Shown here: in pieces, positions 1 through 8,439 of the stretch | How positions within the stretch are numbered: position 1 is the first letter of the stretch | How the letters are laid out: every line of letters starts with the position of its first letter | Assembly: GCA_947259075.1 (NCBI GenBank) | Contig: CAMYKQ010000038.1 | Coordinates: 18,750-82,749 of the forward strand | Reading direction: 5' to 3' | Source of the DNA: an uncultured Gammaproteobacteria bacterium | GTDB taxonomy: Bacteria > Pseudomonadota > Gammaproteobacteria > DRLM01 | DNA: 64,000 nucleotides | Translations under genes and position numbers: made by a program | Notes under the pieces: model-generated | What the model was told of the DNA's origin: nothing | Database searches by the model: none | The model's input: the letters and a program-made list of their open reading frames with translations, nothing else

Positions 1-1658
1 CGCTCTCGGTCTTTGTCGCCATTCTCACCGACACAACGAAGCGAAGTGCCGCTGAGGCGAAATACAAATATTTGTTTGATTCCTCTCCCGACGCCATCCT
101 GATAATGGATGATCGAAATTTCACGGAGTGTAATAGAGCCGCGCTGAAGATGTTCGGCGTGGACTCGCGAGAGTCCTTGTCGTCTTTATGGACTGGAATT
201 ATTTTAGAAGACATAACCGCTCCCCCAGCTTGGGCAAGCCGAATGGTGCGGTTGAGTAAGATTGTTGGCTTGGCGGAATTCAATGGTGAGATATTGTTGC
301 GGCGTGCCAATGGAGAATATTTTCCAGCATGGCTTATATTGAGTCCGCTTATGGAAAATGGCAGGGAGTCGAGTCAGCTGATTCTGCGCGACGTTAGCGC
401 GCAAAAGCGGATTGAGAATGCCTTGCGCGAAAGTGAGGAGCGCTTTTCCTTGGCCATCGCGGGCGCTAATGATGGCTTATGGGATTGGAATTTGAAGACG
501 AATGAAGTTATTTTTTCCCCGCGCTGGAAAAGTATGTTGGGTTATGAAGATCATGAGCTCGCCAATCATTTGAGTTCTTGGAGTGACAATGTGCATGCGG
601 ATGATATCGGTTCTGCGATGCGTGAGGTCGAGGACTATTTGAGCGGGAAGATAAGTGAGTATTCCATCGAGTTCCGGATGAGGCATAAGCTGGGTCATTA
701 CGTCGACTTGTTGTCGCGCGGTATTATCGTGCGTGATGGGGGCGGAGTGCCAAGCCGTTTTGTTGGTACCCACGTGGACATGAGCGAGAGAAAAAGATCA
801 GAACAGTTGTTGCGGTTGCGTTGCGGTGAATTGGCAAAAGCTAATGAAACTATTGCGATGACCCAGGCTCAATTATTTCAGTCTGAGAAAATGGCCTCTA
901 TCGGTGAGTTGGCTGCTGGTATCGCGCATGAGATCAATAATCCAGTGGGGTTTGTCAGTTCAAATTTAAGCACGCTCAAAGAGTATTCAGAAAATTTGCT
1001 TGGCTTGATTGAATTGTACGCGCGTATGGAGGTGTGTCCCGATGATGGGGCGCATTTGAAGGATATTATGGCGTTCAGGGCGCAGATCGATCTTGATTAT
1101 ATTAAAGGTGATGTGCATAAGCTGATCACGGAAAGTGAGGAGGGTGTTGGTCGGGTCGCACGTATCGTGAAGGATCTGAAGTCGTTTTCTCATGCGGGGC
1201 AAGGAGATTACCAGCTTAGTGATTTGCATGAAGGCTTGGAGTCAACCCTCAATATTGCGCATAACGAAATTAAATATAGAGCGGAGCTTGTGAGGAAGTA
1301 TGGCGACTTGCCGTCAATAAATTGTAATCCATCTCAGATCAATCAAGTGTTCATGAATTTAATCATTAACGCGGCTCAGGCGATTGAGTCGCGGGGTACA
1401 ATCACGATACGCAGTGGCAGGCGAGGTGATGAGTGGGGATGGGTGGAAATTAGTGATACGGGGTCCGGTATTCGCGATAATCTAAAAACCCGGATATTCG
1501 AGCCGTTCTTCACTACTAAAGAGGTAGGTAAAGGCACGGGCTTGGGTCTCGCCATCAGTTACCGGATTATTGAAAATCATGGCGGCCGCATTGAGGTGGA
1601 GAGCGTATTAGGTGAGGGCTCCACGTTTCGTGTGTTGTTGCCTCTCAAGATGGGATGA
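1..1658 (+). CDS. PAS/PAC sensor histidine kinase, 5'-truncated by the window edge
   Basis: Frame is open from position 3 (..AILTDTTKRSAAEAKYKYLFDSSPDA). Two PAS/PAC domains, H-box AAGIAHEINNP, N-box NQVFMNLIINA, G-boxes DTGSG and GKGTGLGL. Confidence 0.9.
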   Translation, partial: LSVFVAILTDTTKRSAAEAKYKYLFDSSPDAILIMDDRNFTECNRAALKMFGVDSRESLSSLWTGIILEDITAPPAWASRMVRLSKIVGLAEFNGEILLRRANGEYFPAWLILSPLMENGRESSQLILRDVSAQKRIENALRESEERFSLAIAGANDGLWDWNLKTNEVIFSPRWKSMLGYEDHELANHLSSWSDNVHADDIGSAMREVEDYLSGKISEYSIEFRMRHKLGHYVDLLSRGIIVRDGGGVPSRFVGTHVDMSERKRSEQLLRLRCGELAKANETIAMTQAQLFQSEKMASIGELAAGIAHEINNPVGFVSSNLSTLKEYSENLLGLIELYARMEVCPDDGAHLKDIMAFRAQIDLDYIKGDVHKLITESEEGVGRVARIVKDLKSFSHAGQGDYQLSDLHEGLESTLNIAHNEIKYRAELVRKYGDLPSINCNPSQINQVFMNLIINAAQAIESRGTITIRSGRRGDEWGWVEISDTGSGIRDNLKTRIFEPFFTTKEVGKGTGLGLAISYRIIENHGGRIEVESVLGEGSTFRVLLPLKMG

Positions 1659-1842
1659 GCGGTCCCATGCCGAGCCGCCAATGTGAAGCTATCTTCGTGC
1701 AAGTCCGATGAGTGCGTGAGTGCCGGCTAACGCGTCCGCGTTGGCCCGCCACGCGCCGTGGTATTTTTGACTTTCATTTATGCAATGCTTATCATCGCGG
1801 CTCTTCGCTGCCATTCCTTATTTCATGTTTCGGATCAGTGTG

Positions 1843-2541
1843 ATGACTTCCACCAAAAACATTGCGTCATTACGGCGCCTTAATGCCAATGAGCATGCCG
1901 TTCGCTTCTCTGGGCCGGCGGGTCAGCTGGAGGCGGTCGTGAGCGCTCCCGGGGTGGATGATCAGATTCGCGCGGTGGCGATCGTGTGTCACCCGCATCC
2001 CTTGCATGGTGGTAATCTCGATAATAAAGTTGCGCACACATTGGCGCGGAGCTTGTGCAATGTAGGCGCGGTGACGATTCGTTTTAATTTTAGGGGCGTG
2101 GGTGACAGTGCCGGCGCCTACGATCATGGTGTCGGTGAGACACAAGATTTGCTTGCGGTCATCCACTCGGCGCGGGCGGCGTACCCCGGCTATGAAGTAT
2201 GGCTCGCGGGGTTTTCCTTCGGCGCTTATGTCGCTTTGCATGCCACCCAATATGTCGCGGTTGATCGCCTTATCACCGTCGCGCCGCCGGTTAATATATT
2301 TAATCTCGCCGAGCTTGAAGCGCCTGCATGCCCGTGGCTGCTGGTGCAGGGTAAGTGTGACGAATTGGTGCCTTACAAAGATGTATTGCGTTGGACTTCT
2401 CGTCTCTATCCCGCCCCCGAGGCGATCTATCTCGATGATGCCTGCCATTATTTTCATGGCAAACTGTCTTTGCTGCGCGACGTGGTCGAGCATGCATTGA
2501 GGGAGGGCGAGCAGCGTTACGGTCTTGCGGGTAACGGCTAA
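1843..2541 (+). CDS. alpha/beta fold hydrolase
   Basis: CHPHPLHGG, RFNFRGVG, nucleophile elbow GFSFG, Asp in QGKCDE, His in CHYFHG. Start at ATG 1843 is inferred (ORF track starts at 1780). Confidence 0.85.
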   Translation: MTSTKNIASLRRLNANEHAVRFSGPAGQLEAVVSAPGVDDQIRAVAIVCHPHPLHGGNLDNKVAHTLARSLCNVGAVTIRFNFRGVGDSAGAYDHGVGETQDLLAVIHSARAAYPGYEVWLAGFSFGAYVALHATQYVAVDRLITVAPPVNIFNLAELEAPACPWLLVQGKCDELVPYKDVLRWTSRLYPAPEAIYLDDACHYFHGKLSLLRDVVEHALREGEQRYGLAGNG

Positions 2542-2659
2542 AGCTCAAATGGATTGTTCTCGGCGTGTTGCCCGTCCCGGGGCGGCAACACGGCCACATG
2601 ATCTGACTCGGTTGTACCAAAGGTCGCATCCGCATAACAGCGGGCAATATTGAACAAGA

Positions 2660-2690
2660 AACGGCCGGGGACTTTAAGTCCCCGGCCGTT
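2660..2690 (-). terminator. Rho-independent terminator between convergent genes
   Basis: Inverted repeat AACGGCCGGGGACT / AGTCCCCGGCCGTT with a T-rich tail on the minus strand, ~20 nt past the PEP-CTERM stop. Confidence 0.75.
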
Positions 2691-2712
2691 CGCATCTGCG
2701 GTGAGTGCTGGA

Positions 2713-3237
2713 TTAGCGCGCTTGTTTGCGGCGGCTTGCGAGGCGCATGCCCAAAATGCCCATGCCTAACAGCGCCAAGGTCGCCGGCTCGGGTATGCTG
2801 GCGCGATTGTCGTCGTAGTTAAGATCGACTTGGCCGACGACGTAATCACCACTGCTTGCGCCAAAGCCGTTGAAGCTGATGGTGTTGAGGCCGTCGAGCA
2901 GCAAGCCGGTGACGTCGAATGTGGTAAAGGAGGGGCCGGGGCTGCTGTAACCGGTATTGGCGATGAAGTCGCCGATTGTGGTGCCATTGATGGCCACGGA
3001 CACCAGTACATCGGGTGAATTCCACAGACCGTATTTCACGTCGACGCTGGCAGGCAGCGCGTTGGACGGGCTGCTGGCGTTCAAGAAGGCCTCAAACAGG
3101 CCCGCGCTGGAGATGACGTTGTTGCCCAGGTCGCCGGTGGAGGCAGTGACGGGAACCGCCTGTGCGGTTATGGGGCCGGCCGCTAGTGAGAGTGCAAGGA
3201 TGAGGGCGCGCGAGCTGGTGTTTAGGTGCTGAAACAT
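2713..3237 (-). CDS. PEP-CTERM sorting domain protein
   Basis: Signal peptide (..ITAQA). C-terminal IPEPATLALLGMGILG followed by a basic tail (SRRKQAR). GGAG RBS before ATG 3237. Confidence 0.9.
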   Translation of the reverse strand: MFQHLNTSSRALILALSLAAGPITAQAVPVTASTGDLGNNVISSAGLFEAFLNASSPSNALPASVDVKYGLWNSPDVLVSVAINGTTIGDFIANTGYSSPGPSFTTFDVTGLLLDGLNTISFNGFGASSGDYVVGQVDLNYDDNRASIPEPATLALLGMGILGMRLASRRKQAR

Positions 3238-3298
3238 GACTTCTCCGACGATTACCAAAGCGATCGCATAATATTAATATGTAGTAAGCATTATGCAA

Positions 3299-3314
3299 CG
3301 CAAATATTGCGCCA
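3299..3314 (-). promoter_or_regulatory. sigma54 -24/-12 promoter of the first PEP-CTERM gene
   Basis: Minus strand TGGCGCAATATTTGCG = GG-N10-GC. Confidence 0.7.
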
Positions 3315-3378
3315 TGGCTGATATTGTCTCTATCCGGCACCAGATTAGATGGGCTGAGGCGGTCGCCGCTGAGGGATG

Positions 3379-3395
3379 TGTAAAAAAAATCGACA
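3379..3395. promoter_or_regulatory. putative enhancer-binding-protein site (PEP-CTERM box)
   Basis: TGTAAAAAAAATCGACA (TGT-N11-ACA), beginning 65 nt from the -24 end of the sigma54 site. Matched by a second copy at 4588. Confidence 0.6.
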
Positions 3396-3648
3396 CATTA
3401 TCCTAGCCCATGACGAGTCACGGACAGCGAGGTGAGGTCGATTCGCGCATGAATGTGCGCATCGTTCCCTGATGGCCTGCGACAACCGCTTTTCATGCCT
3501 TGTGAGCTAGCGGGGTGCAGGCTATCCCGAGTCGAGGGGTTGGCCTGTCGGGCGATGAAAAAACCGCCAAGCTCCGGGCTTGGCGAGCCCGGCTAAGGGT
3601 TCGGAGTGAATGGCGAGGAGCGGCGTATGGCCGCGTTCGCGGGCCTCA

Positions 3649-4440
3649 TTATGCAGTTCGAGTATTGGCTGAACGGCGGCGCGCAAGGCCGATCCCCGCC
3701 AGGCCCAAGCCCAAAAGCGCGAGCGAGGCGGGTTCGGGTACGGCGCCCGCTTCGCTGACAAAGGCGGAACCAAAGGCATTACCCAGCCCTGAGCCGCCGT
3801 AATTGACCAAGGTGGTGCCGGCTCCCGTGGTGAGGTTGATATTCAATACCGTGGTGCCGCTGATGCCGTAGAGGTCGATGTTGTTGTCGGTCGCCAGTCC
3901 GAACACGGCGCCGACACCGATGTTGCCGATCAAGCTGCCGATGCCGGTCGTGGGGTCAAGCTCAATCAAGCTGTCACCAGGGCTGGATGAGAGGTAGAGC
4001 TTGCCGCCGACGAAGGCCAGGTCGCCGGATGAGGAGTAGGGGGTGCCGCCGCTGCCGATCAAACTTGCCGTGCCGGTGCCGGTGTTGATCGAGTACAGAT
4101 TATTGTTGGCGGCGTAGAGCGTGCCGCTGCCGTCGAAGACCAAGGAGTTAACGGCGGTGCCGAGGTTGCCGATGAGGGTGGCGGCGGCGGTAGTTTTGTT
4201 GATTGAGTACAAGCTGCTGAAGGTGACGCCGTAGAGATTGCCGCTGGGGTCGAAGGCGATGTCGGTCATGGTCGTGCCCATGTTGCCGATGACGGTGGCG
4301 GCGCCGGTCGCGACATCGACCGTGCCCAGATTACCGCTGGAGTCACCGACCCACAGCACCGGCGCGGCGCCCGCGGCGGTGGCGAGTGACAGTCCGGCGC
4401 CAAGCGCCATAATGCGAAGATAGCGAGATAGACGAAGCAT
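3649..4440 (-). CDS. PEP-CTERM sorting domain protein with beta-propeller-like repeats
   Basis: Signal peptide. Repeated blades (DIAFDPSGNLYG, SLVFDGSGTLYA, DLAFVGGKLYL). C-terminal VPEPASLALLGLGLAGIGLARRR. AGGA RBS before ATG 4440. Confidence 0.9.
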   Translation of the reverse strand: MLRLSRYLRIMALGAGLSLATAAGAAPVLWVGDSSGNLGTVDVATGAATVIGNMGTTMTDIAFDPSGNLYGVTFSSLYSINKTTAAATLIGNLGTAVNSLVFDGSGTLYAANNNLYSINTGTGTASLIGSGGTPYSSSGDLAFVGGKLYLSSSPGDSLIELDPTTGIGSLIGNIGVGAVFGLATDNNIDLYGISGTTVLNINLTTGAGTTLVNYGGSGLGNAFGSAFVSEAGAVPEPASLALLGLGLAGIGLARRRSANTRTA

Positions 4441-4508
4441 GGTGATTCCTTTCACTTCTTGCTGTTTGATGGGTACGGCTATTCGCCGACAATGATGCGC
4501 TGATGGCC

Positions 4509-4524
4509 AGCAGATCCCGTGCCA
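4509..4524 (-). promoter_or_regulatory. sigma54 -24/-12 promoter of the second PEP-CTERM gene
   Basis: Minus strand TGGCACGGGATCTGCT = GG-N10-GC, near consensus. Confidence 0.75.
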
Positions 4525-4587
4525 CATGGTTTAATGGTTTGAAATGGTTGCGGTTGGGTCCCGTTGGGCCTGCGAGCAGGGTGAAGG

Positions 4588-4604
4588 TGTAAGTTTTGCC
4601 GACA
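4588..4604. promoter_or_regulatory. putative enhancer-binding-protein site (PEP-CTERM box)
   Basis: TGTAAGTTTTGCCGACA (TGT-N11-ACA), beginning 64 nt from the -24 end of the sigma54 site. Confidence 0.6.
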
Positions 4605-4662
4605 GCGCCTTGGGGCGCTCAAGCCGGGGCATGCGGCCCGGCTTGAGCGCGGCGGGGCGGTT

Positions 4663-5880
4663 TCAGCGTGCCGAGTGGCCGCTGAGTTTGACTTCGACCT
4701 TTTCGTGTTCCGCGAGATTGGCATAGTAGTCGCGCAAGATCGCCAGCACCTCGGGGCGCGAGAACTCCGCGGGGACCTCGCCGTTCTCGGAGAGGGCCTT
4801 GCGCAGCTTGGTGCCGGAGAGCAGCAGGCGGTCGCCGCCCTCGTGCGGACAGGTGCGCATGGAGGCCATGCCGCCGCACTTATAACAATAGAAGGTCCAG
4901 TCGATCTTGAGGGGCTGGGTCTGCAGGGAGCCCGCAGGGATCTCATCGAAGATGTGGTGGGCGTCGAAGGGACCGTAGTAGTCACCCACGCCGGCATGGT
5001 CGCGGCCGACGATGAGGTGCGAACAGCCGTAGTTCTGGCGGAACAGGGCGTGCAACAGGGCCTCACGCGGACCGGCGTAGCGCATGTCCAGCGGATAACC
5101 CGATTGCACCACGGTGTCCTTGACGAAGTAATTGTTGACCAGGGCGTTGATGGCCTTGACGCGCACATCGGAGGGGATGTCGCCGGCTTTCAATTTGCCC
5201 AGCAGCGAATGGATCATCACGCCGTCGCAAATTTCGATGGCGAGCTTCACCAGGTATTCATGCGAGCGATGCAGCGGGTTGCGGGTCTGGAAGGCGACGA
5301 CCGTGCTCCAGCCTTTTTCCTCGAACAGCGCGCGGGTCTGCGCCGGGGTCATGTAGACCTCGGCGAAGTCGATGGGGAAACGGCCCTGCGATAAGACCTT
5401 AACTGGTCCCGCCAGATTGACCTCACCCTGCTCCATCACCATCTTCACGCCGGGGTGCTCGGGGTCGGTGGTCTTGAACACCATCGCGCACTCGTGGGCC
5501 TTGTCGATACTGTATTTCTCCGTGACCTGCATGGTGGCCATGAACTCGCCGCTCTCGCGGTCCACCAGCGCCACCTCGGCGCCGGTCTTGATGCCGTCGG
5601 CGGTGTGTTTGTCGGTGGACAGGGTGATGGGGATGGGCCAGAACAGGCCGTTGGCCAGCTTCATGCCGTCGCACACGCCTTGCCAATCGGCGTGGCTCAT
5701 GAAGCCGTTCAGCGGGGTGAAGCCGCCGATGCCGAGCATGATGAGGTCGCCGACCTCGCGCGAGCTGATTTGCACCCGCGGCAGACTCTCGGCGCGTTGT
5801 TGCTCGGCGGTCAATGCCGCACCGGCTAGCAAAAGGGGCTTCAGCGTGTCGGCGCCGTGGGGTTTGACGAGTTTGGACAT
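4663..5880 (-). CDS. sat: sulfate adenylyltransferase (ATP sulfurylase, homo-oligomeric Sat type)
   Basis: [38 protein letters not shown], Zn motif CYKC..CPH, SGTKLR. Confidence 0.96.
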   Translation of the reverse strand: MSKLVKPHGADTLKPLLLAGAALTAEQQRAESLPRVQISSREVGDLIMLGIGGFTPLNGFMSHADWQGVCDGMKLANGLFWPIPITLSTDKHTADGIKTGAEVALVDRESGEFMATMQVTEKYSIDKAHECAMVFKTTDPEHPGVKMVMEQGEVNLAGPVKVLSQGRFPIDFAEVYMTPAQTRALFEEKGWSTVVAFQTRNPLHRSHEYLVKLAIEICDGVMIHSLLGKLKAGDIPSDVRVKAINALVNNYFVKDTVVQSGYPLDMRYAGPREALLHALFRQNYGCSHLIVGRDHAGVGDYYGPFDAHHIFDEIPAGSLQTQPLKIDWTFYCYKCGGMASMRTCPHEGGDRLLLSGTKLRKALSENGEVPAEFSRPEVLAILRDYYANLAEHEKVEVKLSGHSAR

Positions 5881-5994
5881 GGTGTGGGGCTCCTGAAAGA
5901 TAAAGATGACCGCGCTGCGCGGACGATTCGAGCATGCCGCGAAAGGGCGCTATTTTAGCAATGAAATGTCCGCCGGGGCTATGCGGGGGACGGA

Positions 5995-8148
5995 TCAGTG
6001 ATCTTGGCCGCTGCGCGCCACCCAAAATTGTTTGATGAGCTGGGCGCGGTTACGCACCCCCAGTTTTTCAAAAATGCGGCTCATGTGTTTTTTAACGGTG
6101 ATTTCGCTGATGTTCAAGCGCCCGGCGATGGTGCAATTGGCCGCGCCGTCGAGCGCGGCATGCACGACTTCTTGCTCGCGAGGCGTGAGTTTGCCCAGCC
6201 ATTGCGCGGTCCGGTCCGGTCCGGGCAGGGCGCTGGCGGCGGGTTGCTGTTGAATGCTGGTCCAGCTGCTCAATTCGGCGGCCACGGCGCCGGCGAGGCG
6301 GTCATCCAGGCCGCCGGCCTCGCGCAGGCCGGTCTGTTCGCTGAGCAGGTGGCTCAAATGCGTGGCGAGGCGCGGGCCGCGCAGGTCCAGCAAAAAGGTG
6401 TGGGCGGGGCGGTCGGCGGCAAAGTCGTAATGAGGCGGGCAGGTGCTGCGCACGAAGCCGAAGCGCTGCAAGAGGTCTTGATAGAGCGTCAGCGGCGTGG
6501 AGGTGATGAACAGCGCGGGGCGGATCAGCAGGGTGACCAAGTCGCGCAGCAGGACCGCGCGGCCGGCGATGTCGGCGGGGTCGCGCACGTCGATGAGGCG
6601 CACGAACCAGCAGGCGGTTTGTTCGCGCGGGGTGGCGTATACCGCCAGTTCCTTGGGGTCGAGCTGCTGGAAATAATGACGCGTGACCGGCTGCGACATT
6701 AAATAATCCAGGGTGTGACGGTTGACGGGCAGCACGATTGAAATGCCGCGCAAGGCGCCGTCGGGTCCCTTTATTAAACGCACCACCCCGGGGTCGATGG
6801 CCAGTAATTCCCTCATATTGAGAAAGTCGGGCTCGCGCGGTTCGGAGACCACCAGCTCTTTGAAGCGTGCTTGGGTGTCGCGGTCCAGTAGCTCGAGTTG
6901 CACCGAGGTGTCTTCGCCGCGCAGTCGCCGCCATTCGTCCATATAGGCTTGCAGATCGGGTAAGTCTTGCGGCGTGGCGGGGACCATGCGCAGGTCGCTG
7001 ACGCTGAGTTCGGTGGCGCCGAAGAGCGCGGCGCGCACCAGGCCGTTACCCAGCAAGTAGAAAAATTCTTGTAAGGCCGCTTTGCGTTCCTCGGCATCGC
7101 CCGGCGTAGTCGCGACGCGGGCGAAATGGCGCAGGGCATTGAGGCGCATGGTTTGGAAGACATTGGGCCGCCGCCATTGCAGGTCGCGGGCCACGGCGCC
7201 GCGCAGTAAATCATGCAGCGCCCAGCCGCGCCGCGAGCGGCGCACGAAGGAGAGATGGGTCAGTTGTTTAAATTCTTGCAGCTGCACCGGCGCGCCGCTG
7301 AGTTGACCGAGCAGCTCTTGGTCGAAGTTGCGTACGATGGCGGCGGCTTCCACTTGTTCGCGCAAGGCTTGGTCGGGTATTTCCCGCAGCCAGCGTTGCG
7401 CGAGCGCGCTGATGACTTCCGGCCGTTGCGGCGCTTCGCTGAAGGCCGCCGGGCCTTCTTGTTTGACGAGGGCGGCCGCGAGGGATAAGGCCAGGGGATG
7501 GCCGCCGGTGAATTCGAGCGCTTGCGCGGTCAAGCCGGGATCGGTGACGCCGTGGTGCGCCAGGAATTCGCGGGTGTGTTCCAGATCGAAGCTGTCGAGC
7601 GGGATGGGCCGGATCAGTTCGCACCAGGCATCGTGATCGCGCCACCATTCATGCAGAGAGAAACGCCCGGCGATAACGACAACCGCGCGTTCGGGTAATT
7701 GCGGCAAAAACACATCGCGCAGCCAGCCATCCAGCGCGCCGATGTCTTCGTAGGTATCGAAGACGATGGCGATGCGGCGTTCCGCGCTGATGCGGTGCAG
7801 GGTGGTGAGATACGCTTCGTCGCGTTCGCCCTGCAAACCGGCCGCGGCGAGGGCCGTGTTCAGCCGCGACAATAAGGAATCAGGCTGGTCGGAGAGGTCG
7901 CGCGCATCGAAATGGAAATAGAGAGCGCCTTGTTGATCCGCGATGCGCCGGTAGGCATCGAGCAAGGTGCTCTTGCCTACGCCGCCCGGGCCAAAAGGAT
8001 TGAGGATTTCCCATTCGCGTTTTCCCGCCAAGGCCTGCGCGAATAAATCGCATTCGCGCGCGCGCCCCACAAAAAACCCTTTTTTTATGCGGGCTAAGCG
8101 CGCGCCAATAGTATTACGCGCGGCGGATGCGGGTGTCGTCGCGGTCAC
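5995..8148 (-). CDS. AAA/STAND-type ATPase with C-terminal LuxR HTH (transcriptional regulator)
   Basis: FVGRARE, Walker A GPGGVGKS, Walker B IVFDTYE, GGHPLAL (GxP motif), C-terminal LTPREQEV..IAGRLNISEITVKKHMSRIFEKLGV. GTG start with AGGGAG RBS. Confidence 0.85.
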   Translation of the reverse strand: MTATTPASAARNTIGARLARIKKGFFVGRARECDLFAQALAGKREWEILNPFGPGGVGKSTLLDAYRRIADQQGALYFHFDARDLSDQPDSLLSRLNTALAAAGLQGERDEAYLTTLHRISAERRIAIVFDTYEDIGALDGWLRDVFLPQLPERAVVVIAGRFSLHEWWRDHDAWCELIRPIPLDSFDLEHTREFLAHHGVTDPGLTAQALEFTGGHPLALSLAAALVKQEGPAAFSEAPQRPEVISALAQRWLREIPDQALREQVEAAAIVRNFDQELLGQLSGAPVQLQEFKQLTHLSFVRRSRRGWALHDLLRGAVARDLQWRRPNVFQTMRLNALRHFARVATTPGDAEERKAALQEFFYLLGNGLVRAALFGATELSVSDLRMVPATPQDLPDLQAYMDEWRRLRGEDTSVQLELLDRDTQARFKELVVSEPREPDFLNMRELLAIDPGVVRLIKGPDGALRGISIVLPVNRHTLDYLMSQPVTRHYFQQLDPKELAVYATPREQTACWFVRLIDVRDPADIAGRAVLLRDLVTLLIRPALFITSTPLTLYQDLLQRFGFVRSTCPPHYDFAADRPAHTFLLDLRGPRLATHLSHLLSEQTGLREAGGLDDRLAGAVAAELSSWTSIQQQPAASALPGPDRTAQWLGKLTPREQEVVHAALDGAANCTIAGRLNISEITVKKHMSRIFEKLGVRNRAQLIKQFWVARSGQDH

Positions 8149-8439
8149 GATCGGGTCTGTCTCCCTTAACTGAGCGGGTGGCTATTAGTGTTTTTTGCTT
8201 TGTGCCCGCTCAGTAACAACATTCTACTTTGGTATGCCTACTTTTGGATACTTTTATTATTCGTGCGCGCTGCGTAGTTTATCTCCACTTGGTTTGCAAG
8301 TTAGTTTTCAAACATCGCAAATTTCCGCTATCTATCCCGTGCGCGTCACCAGTGGCAGGGACAAGCTGCTGGTTTTGGCACAGGGATGTGTCTTTTGAGG
8401 TATTTCTTCAGGTCTTTGGTGTTTTAAGTATGTGGCGCG

